Positions 13,826 through 27,701 of a stretch of 64,000 bases of DNA are shown here, in pieces; position 1 is the stretch's first letter, and each line of letters starts with the position of its first letter. The position numbers were made by a program, and so were the translations under genes. This DNA comes from Octopus vulgaris (Eukaryota). Below the pieces are notes generated by a model. That model made no database searches. It was not told the origin of the DNA and saw nothing but the letters and a program-made list of their open reading frames with translations. The stretch is taken from assembly GCA_951406725.2 (NCBI GenBank), contig OX597814.1:58776001-58840000 (forward strand), in the 5' to 3' direction.

Positions 13826-14102
13826 ATTTGCAGAAGAAAATTGTAACTGAAAATGGGGCAAATAGTGTGTTTTGAGTTTACAAATGCAAGAATGCAAGAG
13901 CTATAACAGAAAAAGAGAATTAAAGGCATGGAAATGTTATGGGCTGTTTTCTGGAAAGCCTATTGGTAATGTTACCAGCCAGAGAATTTTGGAAATCATG
14001 CTGGAATAACTTACAATAACGAAATAGCAATCAATTATTCAACTAAATTGAAGAAAAATTAATAAAACCAAAGGAAAAAAACAACATTGGTAATATCACA
14101 AT

Positions 14103-14320
14103 GACGCCGAGGTGGGAGAATCGTTACCACGCTGGGAGAAATGGTTAGCGGCATTTCGTTCTTTTTCACGTTCTCAGTTGAAACACCACCGAGATCGGCT
14201 TTGGTTTTTATCCTTTCGGAGTCTATAAAGTAAATACCTGTTAATTACTGGGGTCGATGTAATCGACCTACCCACTTCCTTGAAATTGCTGGCCCAGTGC
14301 CAAAATTTGAAATCAATATT
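14103..14320 (+). mobile_element. SINE family A
   Basis: Same sequence as 13610-13825, including shared unusual substitutions. Confidence 0.8.
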
Positions 14321-16258
14321 AGGAATAACATAATACAATTATTCTAAGACTATTTTAACACTATTCTAAAACTATTAGTATCACACTCTCCACTTCTTAT
14401 CTGTCACTTATTTAAATCTTTTACCGACATATTATATAGAAAAACAGCCGAAAATCTTTAGTACACAGAATTGGCGTACAAGTTTATAAAGACTTCATTC
14501 AGTTAAAAAACATGCATCAAGAAAACTCTAAGAGGAAAAACCTACCAACATGAAAACAGAATGTGAAGCAAACACTCAAGAAAAAAGAGATACAGACAAA
14601 AGGAAAACGTTCAATAATTATAAATTACTATACTAAAGAGAGCATATGAAAGATGTCACGAAAGTGTATTGCATAGGAATTAATTATAGTTGAAGCAGCA
14701 CTAAGTGCAATGATAAGCTAATAGTAAACATTAGATCATTTTTACCTCTTCAATGAGAAGCTAAGAGATGTAATTAAACGAGACAAAAAAAAGCAAAACA
14801 AAAAAGAATGGAAGATAACTGCATTTAGAATACAATACCGTAGTTCGGACTGTGGAATATTATATTGACTAACAACTCGACAATCTCCTCCAACGAAATA
14901 TTGCTACTAGAAAGCTACATTTGGACTACAATATAACGCATAAATGACTAACGAGAGCCTAAGAGACACAAGGAAAATGATTCTCTTTTCAATAAAGCCA
15001 AAAAGTGTTATCCATGAGGACCGTAGTACAGAGATTTGATGATGTATAAACTTATTAATATTACAGTAAAAGAAAAATATTATTTCAGGCGGATTTACAC
15101 ATTGTCACGGTAAGAAAGTTGTCTACGAAATCAACACATGATTACTCTGGACAAATTGAAAGCGGAAAAAAGAATAAAGCGTTATGCGTCAGGCGTTTCT
15201 TTTTAATTGTAGTGCAAGGACGAAATTTCTCGACAAAACTCCACAAAATTTAGAAAGAAACAGAATAAATTATGAGAATTCAAACTATGTCGGGTCTGTA
15301 TGGCAAGTTGTCTTCGTAAAGAAAGTGTTCATGTTATTTCTGGTAACCCAGTTTTGGCAAAAGTAAGGAGAATATAGAGTAATCACTTACATGCATTGAA
15401 TATTATTTTAGAACCGTGAAACAGTGACATAAGAGATACGGTAAAGCAAAAAAATTCAGATAAAGAAAAGTTTACTTAACAGTTGAACAATAGATTTCGT
15501 AGTTACATAGATCTGAAATATGCTCTAAGCGTTGTGTTACTTCTATTAGGCAAGCTTATATATTCAACTGTGATGAAAACTATCTTAAAAAATAAAAATT
15601 AGGTTGCAAGTAGTGACACAAGAAATGATCTTTGTGACAATAGGTTTTAGATATTATTTAAAAATAGACGAGGTGCAGACATAATTCAGAAAATTATTCA
15701 GCACGTATACACAGCATAAAGAAATTAAACATAAAGTGTACCTTGAATGCGCTTGAAAGTACAAAATCAAACCATAAAAATTCTCAGCTGAACACATGCA
15801 CTTGGATATGCAGTGAAAAGGAGCAGTAAATATGTAGAAACAATAATTAAGAAAATAATTAAAAGAACAACAGTTTATGAATTATATACGAGTCGGCAAT
15901 TTCCTGGTAGTTTAGTTATCGACTCACTTAGAAGTGGTAGGTAAAATTGACTTCCAGAGGATTTGAACATAGAAACTAAATATCCGAAGGAAACGCCGTA
16001 AAGAGTGATTCTGATGAAATATCGACTTGCAATAGTAGTTTCTAATTTGGATGCCAGAATGAAAGATTTTCAGGTGACGAATTTTGTTAATTATATTAAC
16101 ATTCAAACTGAATTATTTAATTTACCGACATAGTAACTGGGAGGAGTGAAAGGCAAAGTTTATCTCAGCGGAATTTCAATACACTCGTAAAATGGTACGG
16201 GTAATACTGCAAGTCGATTAGTGAGATGCAATAACGATTGTGCCAATTATTAATAATA

Positions 16259-16289
<31 letters not shown>

Positions 16290-16697
16290 CGATGATAACA
16301 GCGATGATTATAGAAATAATAGTAACCACAACAATAATTTTATGTTTAGTCTTCGAGTTTACAGCGAAAAGCTGTAAGAAACTGCGTAATATGAACTCTA
16401 CCAACTCTATCATACTTGGAATAAGGTGGTATACTGTAGGGGAGCAGAAAATCTTTATCACTTTACTCCTCTGTTTGGCTCAGCATTCGTAAATGAAATT
16501 TACTGAATTCAACGAGAATCCCCCCTTTTATCGGGATAATTATATCAGAGAACACCCACGGCTAGAAGGTACAAAAATTGCAAATTTAATCAGAACCACT
16601 CATACTTATTATTATTGAGTTCAATGTGAGAAGTGAGATGCTAAGTATTCATACCATCACCACCCCAATTTGTATTTAGAACTTAAATATTCGTTTA

Positions 16698-16886
16698 ACG
16701 TTTTGGTTCATAATCAGTAAATTCGAGAAAGGGGTAATCGATTACATTCTGGTACTTATTTCATCGATTGCAAATGGATGATAGGTAAAATCTATCCCAG
16801 CGGAATTTTAATTCAGAACGTAAAGAGCGGTGAAATGCTTAGCTTCAATTTGTCTAGCGCGCAATCGATTCTGCCTCACAGTCGTC
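16698..16886 (-). mobile_element. SINE family A, diverged
   Basis: CTGGTACTTATTTCATCG...GCGGAATTTTAATTCAGAACGTAAAG...GATTCTGCC. Confidence 0.65.
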
Positions 16887-17910
16887 TTATTTACAACTTA
16901 AATATTATAAACCAAATTGAAGACATCGGAAACTATCTGCAGCGTAGCGAATGCAACTCTGAAAACATGAAACCGATATAATATACCTCATCCGCACATA
17001 GGGATTTGGAGGCCTGATTAAAATAAATGAGTAATGTAATCCTCCAAGGCCACGAGATTAATTATAAGCACGAAAACTAAAAGAATGTGATTAGTTTATT
17101 TAAGAAACCTTGAGGTAAAATATAGCTGGAGCAAACGGATCAGAGAAAAGTTACTAAGAATTAAGAAATATAAAGTTAGTAACTTCAAAATATACTGGTA
17201 TAAAATACAATGAAAATCACTGAACAGCAATTGCTCTGAAAAACTCGACACTTAAGAATTAAGTAAGAACAAGAATCTAACAAGTGCTCTAAATCTGTCT
17301 GCTGTAAGTATAAACAGAAACTCTTATTCACGATGTGCACGAAAACGTAATAATTTTGATATTAAATAATTATAAATGAAAATTTAAAATGTTATCATCA
17401 AGTGCGTATTACACTGTGTAAATAATTTCATTTTTGTCTTTGGTCATTATGCATTATTTCCTATCTGCTTCTATTCAAAGATCAAAGGAAATTAATACTA
17501 TTCTCTTCAAACGTTGCATTTGTGACCATCAATGTTTTGAAACGGATCTATTTTCCATTACATTTCAGATAGATTCAGTCGAGTTGCTGAAGCAGAGATA
17601 TCATTATAGCAAATATTCTATTCAATACCACAAGCTTGCTTGTTAGTTGCTTGATCGTAACCACTTCATCATGTCCCTTAGTAATTGACACCGTGTGCAT
17701 CAATGATCGTGAGCAGGTGTACCGGGGGGAATCATAGGCATCTATTGAAAGAGATTCATTTGGGCTTTGAATAAATGTAACAAAAGCAAAGTTTGATGGA
17801 AATATCAACGACGTTTGATATTTTGTAGAGGTAAGCAAATAGGAAATAACAATTGCTACCCAAGTACAAAAATCTTGTCACACGGTGATATTCATAATTA
17901 TATATCTGTA

Positions 17911-18150
17911 AGGGCCCACAACCCAGTGGCGAGTGTGTTACGCTCACAATTACGAGACCAGGGTTTTGACTCATAGAACGTGCGATCTGTTGTGTTCTTG
18001 AGCAACGATTTCCCACTTGTGACACACCTTGCACCTGTACTAGTAATATCAATTTGATGGAGGGATTGAGCTGATGTACAGTACGAAAATTTGATCACTA
18101 TATGCAAATCTTCTGTGTAGACTGCTCAGCAAAGAAATGCAGGACCGTCT
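17911..18150 (+). mobile_element. tRNA-derived SINE family C, diverged
   Basis: Aligns by eye with 22221-22513 (TTGTGTTCTTGAGCAA, GCACCTGT, ATTTGATCACTATA). Confidence 0.6.
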
Positions 18151-18200
18151 TTCTCAGATTCGAGACACAATCAGTAGATATCTCCATTGTCCTATTGATT

Positions 18201-18252
<52 letters not shown>

Positions 18253-18770
18253 TAGGGAGAGCGAGTGACAGATAGAGGTGATATCTTGAGTGTTGTTACA
18301 GACATGGACGATGTAACAGCAGGCAATACGCAAGCATCCGGCTGCTTGCATTTTGCCAACAGGTTGAGTTGTACAACAGAGTACTGAATTGGTTACGCAA
18401 TAGGAACCTGGCTGCAAAATATCTGGGAATATCTTGAGTAATCTGACAATAAGATCAAATCAAAACTATTCACATGTAAGTCTCTAGAAATCGAAAGAAA
18501 ACCTTGGTAGTTTGATAGATATATCGATCATTTCGGAGGTAAATATAGAACGAAAATAGGCAAAACTGAGTAAAATTACGTGGGTCTTTAAATTGAAATG
18601 TGGGATATGAAAAGAAAATAGCGTAATAAATAGAACTGTAAGTACTGGAACAGGGACATCTAAAAAACCGCACCAGTCAAAATTGCGTTACGATGTCTAG
18701 AAACAAGCGCTGTTAAACGTAAATTTGCTCACGTCAAACGTAATATCTTCAATCAAGTACGACAAATATT

Positions 18771-19774
18771 AGTTGTCAAATTAAGGCATAATGCCAGTAG
18801 GTTTGGGGAAGAGGAAAATTTGATCACATCGGCTCAAACGTTCAACTGGTACTCATTTTATCGACCCTGTGAGGATAAAAGGCGGAGAGGAGTTCGAAGG
18901 AATTAGATATCACAATGTAAAGGCGGACGAAATACCTATTTCTTTACTACCCACGAGTGGCTAAATACAGAGAGGACAAACAATGACAGACAAACGGATT
19001 AAGTCGATTATATCGACCCCAGTGCGTAACTGGTACTTATTTAATCGACCCCGAAAGGATGAAAGGCAAAGTCGACCTCGGTGGAATTTGAACTCAGAAC
19101 GTAGCGGCAGATGAAACACGGCTACGCATTTCGCCTGGCGTGCTAACGTTTCTGCCAGCTCGCCACCTTTAAAGTAGCACAAACATTTTTTTTTCTTTTC
19201 TACTCTAGGCACAAGGCCGGAAACTTTTTTGGGGAGGGGGCCAGTCGATTAGAGACTCCGGTACGCAACTGGTATTTAATTATCGATCCCGAAAGGATGA
19301 AAGGCAAAGTCGACTTCGGCGGAATTTGAACTCAGAACATAAAGAACATAAAGTCGAAATATGGCTAAGAATTTCGACTAACGTTTCTGACCAGCATCTG
19401 CCTTTGAAGTAGCACAAATATCCTTTTCTACTCTAGATAAAAGGCCCGAAATTTTGGGGGAGGGGGGCAGTCGATTAGATTGACCCCAGTACGCAACTGG
19501 TACTTTGTTTAGCGACCCCGAAAGGATGAAAGGCAAAGTCAGCCTCGGCAGAATATGAACTCATAACGTAAAGACAGACGAAATACCTATTTCTTTACTA
19601 CCCACAAGGGGCTAAACACAAACAGGACTAACAAGGAGAGACAAACGGATCAAGTCGAAAGGATAAAAGGCAAAGTCAGCCTCGGCGGAATTTGAACTCA
19701 GAACGTAGCGGCAGATGAAATACGGCTACGCATTTCGCCTGGCGTGCTAACGTTTTTGCCAGCATGCCGCCTTG
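18771..19774 (-). mobile_element. Stacked array of SINE family A units (dimer + monomer + dimer)
   Basis: Five SINE bodies in the same orientation, separated and flanked by four copies of an AAGTAGCACAAATATT-like sequence. Confidence 0.88.
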
Positions 19775-20041
19775 AACTAGCACAAATATTAGAACACATG
19801 TTGTGCAGTTTTACCACCGATCAACGTGACACAAGAATCACACAGCACATACTCTACTGCCGTTACCAAATACAAAAGTCATTACAAATAAACTAAGAAT
19901 TGCGAGAAGAGTCACTTTAACACCAGCAACTCACGCGATACTTGCGCTGTTATAAATAGAAAGCCACACACTGCCAAGGAACAGCCAGGCGAACCTGGAT
20001 ATAAAATCTCATATAGAGTTTTTGAAGATGGAATAACATTT

Positions 20042-20177
20042 ACTACTACTACTACTACTACTACTGCTACTACCACCACCACCACCACCACCACTACTGC
20101 TGCTGCTGCTGCTGTTACTACTGCTGTAATAATAGCAATAAGAATGACAACACTAAAACATACTAATACTAATAATG

Positions 20178-20231
<54 letters not shown>

Positions 20232-20246
20232 TTAATAATAATAATA
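20042..20246. repeat. Compound trinucleotide microsatellite (CTA/CCA/CTG/AAT)
   Basis: Direct reading. Confidence 0.9.
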
Positions 20247-22122
20247 AGAAGAAGGAGAAGGAGATGATGCGCATGAAGAACAAGACGGAGGAGGAGGATG
20301 GGAGGAGAAAAAGAAGAAGAAACGATAGAATGAGGACAAGAAGAAAAATATGAAGAATAAAATATAAGACAGCAGGAAATGCAAAATCAAAGAAGAAAAC
20401 AAATGATTACCTTCGAGATAGAGCTTTAAACATTAGTCACACGCATACATATCCACATATAGAAACAGCATGCAACTAATCTCAGTTGTTATGCATAATA
20501 TCATAGTCAACCGTTAATATTGACTGTTACAATCCATTATATCATGAAAAGGAATGCAACACCCACACATACTCCGACGGACAAGAGAAAATAGATTATA
20601 GTGACGGCGACTATGATGATGACAACAAATTTTAACATTGGTGCGAGAAAACAGAAATGAAAATAATATCTACTCTGATGGTAAAATTTTGAGATTATTT
20701 CTGTACTGGAAGAATTTGACAAATAATCGACATGTCTGTGTGGTTCAAACGTTTGGTTCTTACCACGTTGTTCCACGTTCGATTATTTTGAGTGGCATCA
20801 TAGGTAAGGCTGTTAAACGGAAAAGCGACTTATTGGGCATCTCTTATGATTAGAATGCAATACGTGTAAATTGTGCGGCAGCCGCCGTACATGCATGTAT
20901 AAGCATATGTGAACATATTTTAATCAGATATATATTTGTGAAGCACGTGCTAAGAAAATGATATTACATTGTTTTCAAATGTGAATTTCTCATTTTGGAG
21001 TGGAGCAGGAAAAATCATTCAGGTAAAAAGAAAAATGTATTGAATCCGTAACCGCCAGCTGGATTATGGAACCTATGAAGCCATTGTATAGCGAATTTAA
21101 TATAGATAAGATAACCTATTGAGGCTTGAAGCAGAGAGGATGATAAATTTTCTGACCCATTGTTGGTAAGTAATGTGCTACGATAATAAAAAGAAAAAAG
21201 CAGAAATAAATTTTTAGTTTTCTGCATATATCTTTAAAGGAGTAGGGCTTCCTACTAGAAAAAAAAAAATCTGCTAAGTATCTCAGTACTATATCAGAAA
21301 TACTAAATGTGGCCACAAGGAGATGTATCTACTGAAGCAGATCCTCCTCTTCCTCCTCGCCTCCTCCCCCTCCACTTCCTCCTCCTCCTCATTATCATCA
21401 TAGGTCCACGTAATTGAATACATCAAGCATTTAACCGAGAACAATAATAATTTCTCACTATTTTCGCCTATTTTAGCTGTAACATTTCAGTTCTAACGTT
21501 ATTTTAAAACACTATATACTTCGATATACTCAGCCCTGTACATTCCCACATCCTAATCTATGTGGCAGAATTGCTCAATATTTAAATAATTAAAAAAAGC
21601 ATTCACACTTACACAGTACTCTACTTCAAATCGAATTTATTATAATCCCTCCTACTTGTATGTAACAGTGCATTCTAGAAACTAATAGGTACATCTATAT
21701 ATATGGCAAATGTAACACATATTGTAATTCCTTTTTCATATTTTTTGTGTTCTAAGTCCTTCATAAGATATGTGTTATAACTTCTATATATTTTATTACA
21801 CAATATAAACACAATAGTAATAATTTCAAATTTTGATACAAAGCCAGCAATCTTGGGAGAAAATACCTCAAGTGCGTAAACCCAAAGGTTCAATTAGTAT
21901 TTATTTCCAAAGGGGAAATGAAAGATATAGTCGATACCGTAAGATTTCAACACTACACAGTAATAAGAAAAGACCGTTTAGTAAATGTGATATTGTAACA
22001 GCACGGCGCCTTGAAAAACACCGTGAAAGAATAAGGTGACGAAGATTATGGCGATTAAAATTATGACGATAGATTTTATTGCTAAAACACACACACACAC
22101 ACGCACACACACACCACACACT

Positions 22123-22206
<84 letters not shown>

Positions 22207-22220
22207 TACATATATATACA

Positions 22221-22513
22221 GGCACATGGTTCAGTTGTTAGGTTGTTGGATTCACGATTGCGTGATTATGGCTTCGATTCCCAGACCGGGCGTTGCGTTG
22301 TGTTCTTGAGCAAAGCACTTCATTTCATGTTGATCCGCGGTCATTTTGTAATCTCACATATGGCATACGGTGCACCTGTGCAGATGATGTCGATTCGATG
22401 GACAGAGTGAGGCTATGTGTACCAAACATTTGATCACTATAAAGAAATCATGTGTGCGGTTTTACGACAATTTCTTGGCGAAAACTCACATGTCGTGTAA
22501 CGACGGGAGAGTC
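22221..22513 (+). mobile_element. tRNA-derived SINE family C
   Basis: tRNA-like head (TGGTTCAGTTGTTAG...GGCTTCGATTCCCAGACCGGGCG), then a CORE-like TGTGTTCTTGAGCAAAGCACTT; flanked by (TA)n. Confidence 0.75.
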
Positions 22514-22515
22514 TA

Positions 22516-22595
<80 letters not shown>

Positions 22596-23474
22596 ATATA
22601 TGTACGTATATATATATATATATATATCTTCTTGTGTGTGTGTATATATATATGTATGTGCTTACGTGCGTGTGCATGTATATATGAACACATACACACA
22701 GCTATCTATACTTTAATACGTACATATATGTATATACAAACTTGCTTGCGCACACATATACACACAGATACATATTTTTCCCATCCCAAGAGATTGCAAG
22801 AACGTGAAGATATTGCACTGATGAAAGAAAAAGAAAACTATTGCATATTTAAAAAAAATAAAATTGGATAAAATTTTCTGTGTTAAATTTATATTCATGT
22901 TTATCGCTTCTTTAGCAGACAAAAAAAGTAACCAAAACAAACATAAATATTTATGTATATCTCTCAGGTAAACTTATATACAATAGTCAAAATATTAATA
23001 GAACATAAAACGTAAACAACACTTGTGATTCGAATTTAATATATTTTACTCTCAAACTGAGAATGTTTGTTCTTTCTATATCACATGACTATATGTGAAG
23101 GGAAGGAGAAGGAAGGCCGAAGATGTCTGCTTTTAGGTGAATGTTATAGCTTTAAGGCAAGTAAAGTGAGAAGTTGTCCACACACATATGTTCTTTAGAC
23201 ATACTTTCACATAAAACCCATACACTTTAAAACACTCTCTATGACTCACTATTCCTCCCTACCACTCCAATCCAGCATTTCTCCACATTTTCCCTCTGCT
23301 TGCTGTTCCATCACTTTCTCCTGCTCTTAATTTTCTACTCCTCTTTTCCTATATGTCTTTAAAACAAAGGAACGCATGGATCTCGATATGGCAACCGCCC
23401 AAAGATTAAGCACAAATCGCGAACAGACGATAGCTGAAAAGAAAAGTAATTATACATATTTGTGTGTGTGGGCG

Positions 23475-23529
<55 letters not shown>

Positions 23530-23594
23530 TTGTACACGCACACACACACATACATGTAAATACAAATACAATTATATTTATACATAAATACATG

Positions 23595-23638
<44 letters not shown>

Positions 23639-23642
23639 AAAT

Positions 23643-23950
23643 CAAGTCAGGATAGAAAATGCTAAAATAATTTTATAAAGAACATTTCAGTACCGGTTTC
23701 AGCCATTGTTACCTTTTCAACTGTATACAATTAAATAATTACATTTAGGAAAATTAAAAAAAGTTTTTTTTTAAAAGAATATTTGTATCGTGTTCAAATA
23801 TAAGTGGCATTTTCCTTGTTTCTCCCTTTCTCTGTCTCTCTTGTTTACTCTTGAAACCGGTACTGAAATGTTCTTTATTAAATTATTTTAGCATTTTCTA
23901 TCGTGACTTGTTTTTTCATATATATCAACTCGTGTGTTCCTTTTCATCCT
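23643..23950. mobile_element. MITE-like fold-back PLE pseudo-LTR element with a minimal hammerhead
   Basis: 59-bp inverted arms at 23643-23701 and 23852-23910 with 2 mismatches; flanked by (TA)n; hammerhead-like motif on the minus strand at 23688-23723. Confidence 0.75.
23688..23723 (-). ncRNA. Minimal type I hammerhead-like motif, U3-A8 variant
   Basis: CAG-UUGAAAA-GGUAA caa UGGCU-GAAA-CCGG-UA-CUG. Stem II is partly decayed. Confidence 0.5.
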
Positions 23951-26811
23951 TATATATATATATATATATATATACTGGTATATTTTATATACGCAAAAAG
24001 TGAGAACACATATAAGCGTGTGCATGTGCATAATTTCACGAATATGCATCTCTATGTACATACGTGTACTCATGTGTATATATATGTATGCAAATGCACG
24101 TTTATGAGAGTAAGCAGAGATATGTAAAATTATTCATGTGATTCTTGAATTAATATTAAATAAAATAGAATCATCTTATTTGAACTGTCATGGCCAATGG
24201 TAATTTGGCATTTCTTCCTTTTTATACATTTCCCAACGCATAAAGAGGATACAGCATATGTGCGCTACAACACTTCTACTTGTTTTCAGTCACAATCACG
24301 ACATTAGTTATTCGTTGAAAACAAACACATTATTAGGCTTTATTAAAGACAGTATCTCTAGAATATAAAACTAAGTTGAACCGTTAAGACAACCTATATA
24401 ATTTCTTGTAATACTGAATTTATCATTTGAATGTTCATAACCACATTTCCATACTTCCATGCTGATCCTCTTTAATAATTTACTGTATGTAAGAGTTTTG
24501 AGTATATTCTCATTATAGATATGTCAGGATGAAATACCTCTGAGTGACAGACCGTTATCCTCCGTAACATTCTCCATTTGGCCAGAAACAGAAAAAAACA
24601 TGCATTATGTAAGTCCTTTCATCATTTGAGAAATTGATAAACATTGATTCACAAATTGTTTCTTGTTTGTTACCATGCATGCGATTTCTTTAACACATGA
24701 CGACCTTAATATTTAATTTTATTAAGTGCAGCATGCCAGCTTGCTACTTCTCTGTTCAATATTTTTCTTTTTTTTTTGTTTTGAAGTTTTGACTTATATA
24801 TTTCCTTTGGCTTGAAACAGTTCATAACCACGGGAAAAAATACGTGAAATGAACCTTGAGCGGAGAAAATGTTCGAAACAAATAAGCTACTCATTCTGGC
24901 ACTTTACGATTGAATATTCTATATATGAAGGTAAAATAGATATTACAGAATATAGCCGTATTTAGATTTGTAGATTTTTCAAGTACCAATAATCGAGAAG
25001 CAGCTAAATTGGGAACTGTCTTAAAATACACATCGAAAACCGAGCAGAAACTTATACAATGACGTATGGTGCGTGAAAGGAAGTACAATAAAATAGATGC
25101 CAGATATGAAGATATTGACTACACAAGTGTTACATTACTCGAGAAATCATGATGAACACTTATAGGTGAACTCTGACTGTAGATAAACTAAGAAAAATCT
25201 TTAACTACGAATAGCAAACGTGTTATTGACTGAAAATCTACTGATGACATCTGTACAACAATATATTGCAGAACTGTTACAACAATATATTGCAGAAATA
25301 GTAAATTGAGAAAAATTATAGCCACCGATTATTATTTTTGGCATGCACATGAATGAATCTCGAGAGGGCCATTCATAATTTATTAAAAGTTTCTTTAAAA
25401 TGAAGTGCCCTTTTATACGTGAAATCATCCATTAAATTCTACTATAAATTTCAAAAGCCTTCATGTTTTTGGTATAGTATTTAGAAACATTTCAACAAGA
25501 AATGGATTGAATTCCTTTCAGAGTCGATATATCTTGTATTATTTAAGAAGTAATTACATAAGAATACCCAAATAATGCGGTCAATTTTATTGACTGTCTT
25601 TCCGTCGAATTTGCCCTTTAGTGCTAATATTAAAAATCAATATTGTTCATTACCAGGATAGACACATCATCAATATATTAGCCCATTCTGGCAGTGGAAT
25701 AAAATTGTAACTTTGTACATGTATTATAATGAAGAGTATTTTAATTTCGAACGGCAGAGGTGGTAAAATCTGAGAATGACAGATAAAATCTCTTGTGCTG
25801 CTTAATTACGGTTTAAAATGAAAATTTAGCACTGCCAAAACCATTTAACTTGCAATGTTTGTTGAGGAAAATATATAATACCAGTAATACATTACACTTA
25901 ATAGTTAAATTGTGTCCAAATTTATAACGTAATAACTATATAGCTGATGAATCTTCAAAAAATGTAACTTTATCTTCGATGTTTAATAAATACATTGATT
26001 TTAAATACCTTGTAACTCCCTTCTTGTAAACACATTTAAGAGAAGCAATACAAGATGTTGCATTTACACATTAAGACGGGAGGTTCAGCAATAACTATAA
26101 AGCGCCTAATGGATGACCTCTTTTTGAAATATTTCTTATTGTTTAGTCATCTGGTAAAATATCTCGTTTTGTTTCTTTCTACGTTTATTTAAAAGGAGGG
26201 AAATGGATAAAAGAAAACATTATATCTAATGCGTACACATTTTAGGCACGTCAAGAACGATTGAATGAAAAATATTCTGAATGTGTGGTTACTGATGTGC
26301 ATAAGAAATTCGGTGCGTATTGGTGACTCAGTTATATTGTACGTGTATATTTTTAAGTGTTTGTTTGCATCTGTGTGTATTTGTGCGCATATCAAATTAA
26401 ACGAAATGTCTAGAGCATATGGAATTACGAGTGTTAATTGAAAAGTACTTAAATTGCACTCATATCGAACTTTGAGAAATCAATTATCAGGAATTTATAT
26501 GATTTTATTGTATACAATAGACTAATATTAAAACGAAATGATATTAGAAAACTAATATCATTAGCTAAGATTAAACAAAACTATAACTGACATCAAGTAC
26601 AAAGCGAATGTTGGAACATAGACACAGCGTCTCCTAAATCAAGAAAAGAATTACCTTCAAAAATGTATTTTTTCATATACATATGTCTATACGCATACAA
26701 AGATATGTCTAATCGCATACACTGATGTGTCAATTCAAGTGTGTATGCATATATGTAGGCATGCATGTAAATATTTATCTATATGGATGGATATCTATCT
26801 CTCTATCTCTC

Positions 26812-26861
<50 letters not shown>

Positions 26862-27701
26862 CAATATCAATATATATATTACATATCGATATATATATAT
26901 ATACATGTATATCTACAGATACACAGACCCTACACACTCACAAATACACAGAGATACATATGTATATGAATGTATGTATTTATGTATGAATGTACGTATA
27001 TAAGTCTCTGCGTGTATGTATATACAACTAATTAACAAATGCATTCATTGGATACAGTTTCACTTTTGGTTACAGTACTAACTGTGACATACGCAATGTA
27101 TTTATCTGCAGCTTGCCTGTGCGTTTCGAAATCATGCCTATATGCCGGACGTGTTGTATGTGAGCATGTGGATAAACGTATAAATCTTGTTGTATGTGTT
27201 GTGCATCAGGATAGAGCGAAGAATGTACTTATTACATTACACAGATTTTCGAAATATGTTTTGAGGAATATATTTCTATATTGAGAAATCCTTTGAAAAG
27301 TCTGTTTTAAAATCTGAAGTTCTTAAACGTACATCTTCAGACTCCGCAACCCACTTGAAATTTTGAACAATGAGAGAAAAGTCAGTTTTATAACATGTTT
27401 GCTGTTCTTCGTTTTAGTTTTTACATTCATTGTTACGAATTGCTTTTCGTTTGCAAAATCCTTTGAAAACACGATTGTTAAAATCTCAAGATATGAAGTT
27501 TCGGAATTATGTGAAATAAGCTTTTCGACTTTCTTTTCTATATTATTCTTAATAGTAGATCAGCGAATATATGTGTTCCTTGAGGTCTAGACTACGCACC
27601 TATTATAATTAAATTACGTGTAAACCCATTTTCGATTCATGATATATTTTGGTGATAAATATAATTAACATTCCCAGTTTATTCGAAATAATTCCATGTA
27701 A

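Noticed and set aside
11600-16140. Long A-rich plus-strand stretch, possibly an ancient RTE-type LINE (faint KAY and RQ..LFN echoes)
   Set aside because: Too decayed to assign motifs or boundaries by eye.
17569-17830. Apparent exon (TTTCAG acceptor, AG|GTAAGC donor)
   Set aside because: Stops in all three frames and no other support.
18755-19790. CRISPR-like repeat/spacer look
   Set aside because: The spacers are homologous SINEs of 200-400 bp, the context is eukaryotic and there are no cas genes.
22815-22845. CTGATGA...GAAA hammerhead-like words
   Set aside because: No stem II pairing between the boxes.
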